Shown: in pieces, positions 57,792 to 64,000 of the stretch
How the letters are laid out: each line of letters begins with the position of its first letter
Position numbering within the stretch: position 1 is the first letter of the stretch
Assembly: GCA_964016885.1 (NCBI GenBank)
Contig: OZ024744.1
Span: 46,190,001 to 46,254,000 of the forward strand
From: Eledone cirrhosa
Lineage: Eukaryota
Length of the DNA stretch: 64,000 bases
Direction: 5' to 3'
Position numbers and translations under genes: made by a program
The notes under the pieces: generated by a model
What the model saw: the letters and a program-made list of their open reading frames with translations, nothing else
Database searches by the model: none
What the model was told of the DNA's origin: nothing

Positions 57792-57828
57792 GAACCTGAA
57801 GATTGCGAAAGCATGAAAGTACTTGTTC
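57792..57828 (+). ncRNA. Minimal type-I hammerhead ribozyme motif
   Basis: GAAC-CTGAAGA-tTGC-gaaa-GCAt-GAAA-GTAC-TT-GTTC: stem I GAAC/GTTC, GNRA-capped stem II, palindromic stem III A-GTAC-T. Confidence 0.8.
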
Positions 57829-59271
57829 AATTAACACTTAACATTTAATATTCTTCCATACTATTTCATTATAATATCATTGTAATTTTAAAGGATTGTA
57901 AATGAAACGAGTAAATCAGTCAAAGTTGGAATTCCTTTTATTAATATATATATATATATATATATACATACGTATATATACAATATATATATATATATAG
58001 TACGCAAAAGATGTAATGAGTAGTCTAACAGGAAGGGAGAACTTTGCATGTAGACGAGGCATAGCAGAACTTGAAAGGAAGAGTGCTACTGTTATAAACC
58101 GTTTCCAGTCACAGGAAGGATCTATAGATGTGGTTGATAGCTTCTGCTATCTAGGTGACCTAATCAGCAGCAGAGGAGGGTGTGCCAAGAGTAGAGTGGC
58201 TTGAATAAGGATAGGATGGAAGTTTAGTGAACTACTACTGCTGATAACATAAGCTTTCTACCTACACACAAAAGGAAGGGTATATGAAGCCTGTGTAAAG
58301 TGCACAATACTGCATGGTAGAGAAACATGGGCTGTGACTGCAGATGATACGATTAGATTGGAGAAAAATGAAGCAACTATGTTTTATTGGATCTGCAACG
58401 TATATGTGAGAGAATAACAGAGCTTGGACTAAGTGAGGAAATCCTAGTGGAAGGAAGCTGCAGTAGAAGTTGGCCAAGAAAGCAAATGTTGTGAGAGCTT
58501 AACTCAAATCGTGAAGACTGGAAGAGGAGATGACGAAGGAATGCATCTAATGGAGAGATGTGCTAAGAAGGAGCCGTCCAACCCATGCAAGCATGGAAAC
58601 GTAGATATAATGATGATACACAAAATATACACTATATATATACATATAAATAATATGTATATAGTGTATGTAGCACATATACACAATATATACACTATAT
58701 ATAAATACTGCATATATAGAGTATATGCTACATATACACAATATATACACTACATATATATACTGCATATATAGAGTATATGCTACATATACACAATATA
58801 TAAACTATGTATATATAATACATACACATTATATATAATGTTGTCCAAGGGAATAGCTGAAACAGCTTGGCAAATATGGCAGAAAGCATTCCATCCATTG
58901 TTTTATAGACTTTAAATAACTGTTTCTACTTTTAAGTCAAGACCAGCAATTGGAACGGAAGGGGAAAGTTGATTAAATCAACCCCAGTGGATTACTGGTA
59001 CTTTATTTTACTAAAGCTGTGAAGGAAGAAAAGTAAAGTTAACCTCAGCAGGATTTTAACACAGAAAGAATGTTATCTGATGCTCTACCGATTCTGCCTA
59101 TCCACCATACCCAACAATGAAATGAGATTGTGTCTCTGTAAGAAGCCTTAAAGACAAATAATATGAAGTGGAACTTTCTAAAGGGTGTATTTGTGGATTA
59201 CAATACAAAACCTCTGAGAATGATTTCTAACATATTTCACCATAATTAATTTTTATTAATACATATTATTA

Positions 59272-59950
59272 CTAGCAGAATTACCCGGCGTTGCTCAGGT
59301 TACTGCTGTTCTTATTCAGATTAGAAAAAAATGAATATGAAGATATGTTTTTTTCTTTCTCCTAATTATTTCAAACTATCTATATTTTATTTAAAAAAAT
59401 CAAAATTGTAATGATAATAGAATTTAGAAATGAAAATCTGTCAATCTTGAAGCACCTAGGGTAAACAATATTCACTGTGTAATTTTTTGATGGTGTCCAA
59501 ATGAATAATTGTTGCTACACACATACGCTCTCATATACATATACTAAGACAGACACACAGAGACATACATTCACGCAAACACACGCATAGCATTCCACCA
59601 TATTTTTGTGACATTCACTACACCAAACAAAAATTACGACGCACACATACTGAGACAAACACACAGACATGCATTCACACACACCTGTCTGTCATCACAT
59701 ATGTATCTGTATGTGTAGATGTATGTGTGTGTTTATTTCTCTGAGGCCTAACGTATGCAACCAACTCACAAACGCACACACAGACACATACACACGCATA
59801 TACAATGTGACGTCATCGTCATGGTAGTTTACTATAGTTTACTATGGAAATATTATTTTAGATAAATTGTTTTAATCCAAAAGAAAATAAAAATTACATG
59901 TTGACACTCTTGGGGCCTAATACACACACACACATATATATATATATAAG
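59272..59950 (-). mobile_element. Helitron remnant (3' end clear, 5' end uncertain)
   Basis: A-CTAG at 59271-59275 followed by ACCCGGCGTTGCTCAGG, the reverse complement of the hairpin at 12262-12278. Confidence 0.55.
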
Positions 59951-60276
59951 AAAAACATAAATATTATATATATAAAAAAAACATAAATATTGTATATATA
60001 AAAATAAAAAGTTGGGAATACGACAAATAATAAATAATAAGTAGAAAAGGGTATAAATGTTTATAGCTGATTTAGAGCACTCAACAAGTTCCTGGAGCAA
60101 ATGATCAATGAAAATAAGCATTAAATAACTCTCTATGTAATTATGCATATACATACACATACATATACACATATATATATATATACATATATATACATAC
60201 ACACAAACACAACCACAGAAAAACACACACACATACATACACATACATGCATATACGCATATATATACACACACAT

Positions 60277-61402
<1,126 letters not shown>

Positions 61403-62456
61403 ATGTATGTGTGTGTATATATATATATATATGTGTGTGTGTGTATATATGTGTATGCGTATGTATGTGTATATAGTATTGTATATGTATGTGTATGTGT
61501 GAGAGTGTGTGTATGTATTTATTTTTAGGCTGTATGTGTACGTGCAATCGTGTGTATTGCTTACCACGTGTGTTTGTTCATTTATTTGTTGCCTGTATCG
61601 CTATCAACACTATAATAATTTTCATTTTTATTCTTATGTGACGGTATTTTTATTATAATATTTTTTCTTATAATTATTTGTGTGTGTGAGTATGTAGGTG
61701 TGTGTACATATGTCTATATTTGTGCATGCGTATGTATGCGTGTATATATGTGTGTATGTATGTACGTGTGTATATATGTATAATTGTGTGTATGTATGTG
61801 TAGGTATGTATATATATATATATATGTGTGTATATATATATATGTATGTATGTGTATATATATGTTTATATTATATATATATATGCATGTATATGTGTGT
61901 GTGTGTGTATGCATGTTTGTGTATTTGTATGTATGTGTATGTATGGATATGTTGATAATTATGTGTGTATGTATGTGTATGTATATATATACACACCTAT
62001 ATGTGTGTGTGTGTGTGTGTATGTATGTGTGTATGTATATATATATGTGTATGTATATAATTGTGTGTGTGGGTGTGCGTGTGCATGTGTGTTTATTTTT
62101 CCTTTCCTTCTTCCTTTTCCAGCTCCACTTTCATATAGATTATATTTTTGTTTTTAAAATCCAACGCCAATAAATACAGCAGGATTTTTTCATTCTGATG
62201 TTTGAAAGCAAAATTTGTTTGCTTTTAAGAAACCACTGGTAAATGGAATAATTGCCTTATGTTGTTTATTACATAATTATATATATATATATTCAGACTT
62301 CAACGAAATTCTACGGATTATACCATAACCTGTATTGTACTGTACTGTATTGACTAAATTCGATACCCTATACTTCAGGTCATGTGTAACTCACACTGAA
62401 TTCTCAGACTCGAACACACACTGATTCCATTTCCACATCTATATGCATTATCTGAC

Positions 62457-62920
62457 TGCAACTTGAACTATATTGTATCTCTCCTGTGTTTTGATCTCTC
62501 CATTTACTCCACCACCACTCGTTTGTTTATTTATATATTTATATCTTTCTACCTTTGCTGTATTAATGTTTTTTCCACGTATTCTACTTCTATACATCCA
62601 TGTACTTTTTACTTCTTTTATTCGGACTTTTACTCGCGTGTACCCATTAGCACACGACACTAGAATGTCTCCCCCTGGGAACATAAATACTGCAACCTGA
62701 ACTATATTGTATTTCTCCTATGTCTTGATTTCTCCATCTTACTCCACCACCACTCTTGTTGGTTTATTTATATATTTATACCTTTGCTTTATTAATGTGC
62801 TTTTCCACGTATTCTACTTCTATGTGTCCATGTATTTCTACTCCTCTTATTGGGACTTTTACTCACTTGTACCCATTAGCACATGGCACTAGAATGTCTC
62901 CCCCTGAGAACAAAAATAAA
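62457..62920. repeat. Two diverged ~234-bp tandem units
   Basis: TGCAAC(T/C)TGAACTATATTGTAT at 62457 and 62691; both end in CACTAGAATGTCTCCCCCTG. Confidence 0.85.
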
Positions 62921-64000
62921 TATTACCCGACTATATCCCTTACTCTACATCCCACTAGGATAACTTATAGAGGATCTATATAATACAATTAACGTTTCTT
63001 CATAAAAGACTCTCTTTAACTAAACCCCGCAACCCAAAACCTTAAAAAAGTTTGTTAAATGTTTAATTTTCAATTTTCTATTTGTTCAATTCTCAGTCTT
63101 CTTACTCTCTAATTTTATAATGTTATTCTGAATTCTTTCAACTTCATCCTATAAATCTAAACAATATTTTAACGTTCCAACTTTCTGTCGGACTGTTGGG
63201 TTGGTTTTCCTGGTGGCGGGACCGGCCCCCCTGGCGCATAGGCCTACCTTGAGTGCTTGGAAAAATAAATTCCCCCTTCTTTCGGTAAATGAAACTACTC
63301 GGAGTCGCTTGATTCGCCCCAGGGGCCCGGCGTGCAGCCGGTTTTTTGACCGCCATATAATACCTTTAAATTACAGATCAAATCAGAACTATTAGATGTA
63401 TCACGCCTCCCTCTACTTAAGCAAATCCCCCTCCTGGGTAAAGGAATAGTACTGGTTTTGTACAAGGATGGCCTAACAATGCGGGCTGACCTCCTGCTGG
63501 CGCACCTGAAGCCTGTTATACATTCCTAGAGTGCTCGGAAAAATCGATTTCCATATCTTTCGCTAGGCGATATCACTCGGAGTGATGGGCTGCCCAAGCT
63601 TGTAGTCGCCGCATGCTGTTTGACGGCTAAACAAAGACATAATCTTTACTCTATAATAAAATTTAAGTGTCTTCATAAAAGACTCTTTCTTTGCTTAAAT
63701 CTCGCAACCTTAATTTTATAATGTTAATATTAAATATTAATTGTTTAACTTCATCCTATAAGTCTAAACAAAAATGTAACGTTCCAATCTTCTGCTCACA
63801 CATTATAACATACTGACCCCACTATATTTACCTCTGCTAAGATACGGGTCCCTTTGAAAATATTTTTTTCGCGCCATTCCTTTCTTCCTCTTTCTTTCTA
63901 TCTTTCTTCTTGTAGCCATCAACCCTGACTTTTCTTCTTCCTTCTCTTCTCCCTTATTTCTGTCTTTCTCCTTGTGGCATAATATTAACGCTGACTTATC

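Larger units (their letters stand above)
57585..57948. mobile_element. Fold-back element with two divergent minimal hammerheads
   Basis: About 57585-57746 pairs with 57776-57948; 29-nt spacer. Confidence 0.88.

Overview
Eukaryotic, AT-rich, repeat-saturated DNA. The tRNA-derived SINE family, RTE LINEs with (GAT)n tails, very long (TA)n tracts and tandem C2H2 'CEICGK..HTGEKP' arrays point to a coleoid cephalopod, probably Octopus (inference). The only host-gene material is a minus-strand C2H2 zinc-finger cluster: one long frameshifted array at about 34.7-38.2 kb and paralogous remnants at about 41.1, 43.2-44.2 and 47.5-47.8 kb. The rest is decayed RTE LINEs (one family has a PHD-type finger inside the RT), two 5'-truncated Penelope-like elements (PLEs) with GIY-YIG endonuclease, SINEs, a Helitron, a Tc1/mariner MITE, minisatellites and local direct or inverted segmental duplications. 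The most interesting signal is more than a dozen short fold-back (palindromic) elements sitting in (TA)n tracts. Many carry minimal type-I hammerhead-ribozyme (HHR) motifs, often on both strands, including U3-A8 compensatory core variants. At least one of these families is demonstrably the 3' pseudo-LTR of a PLE in the same window. Coordinates were read by eye and are approximate at repeat edges; ribozyme activity is untested.
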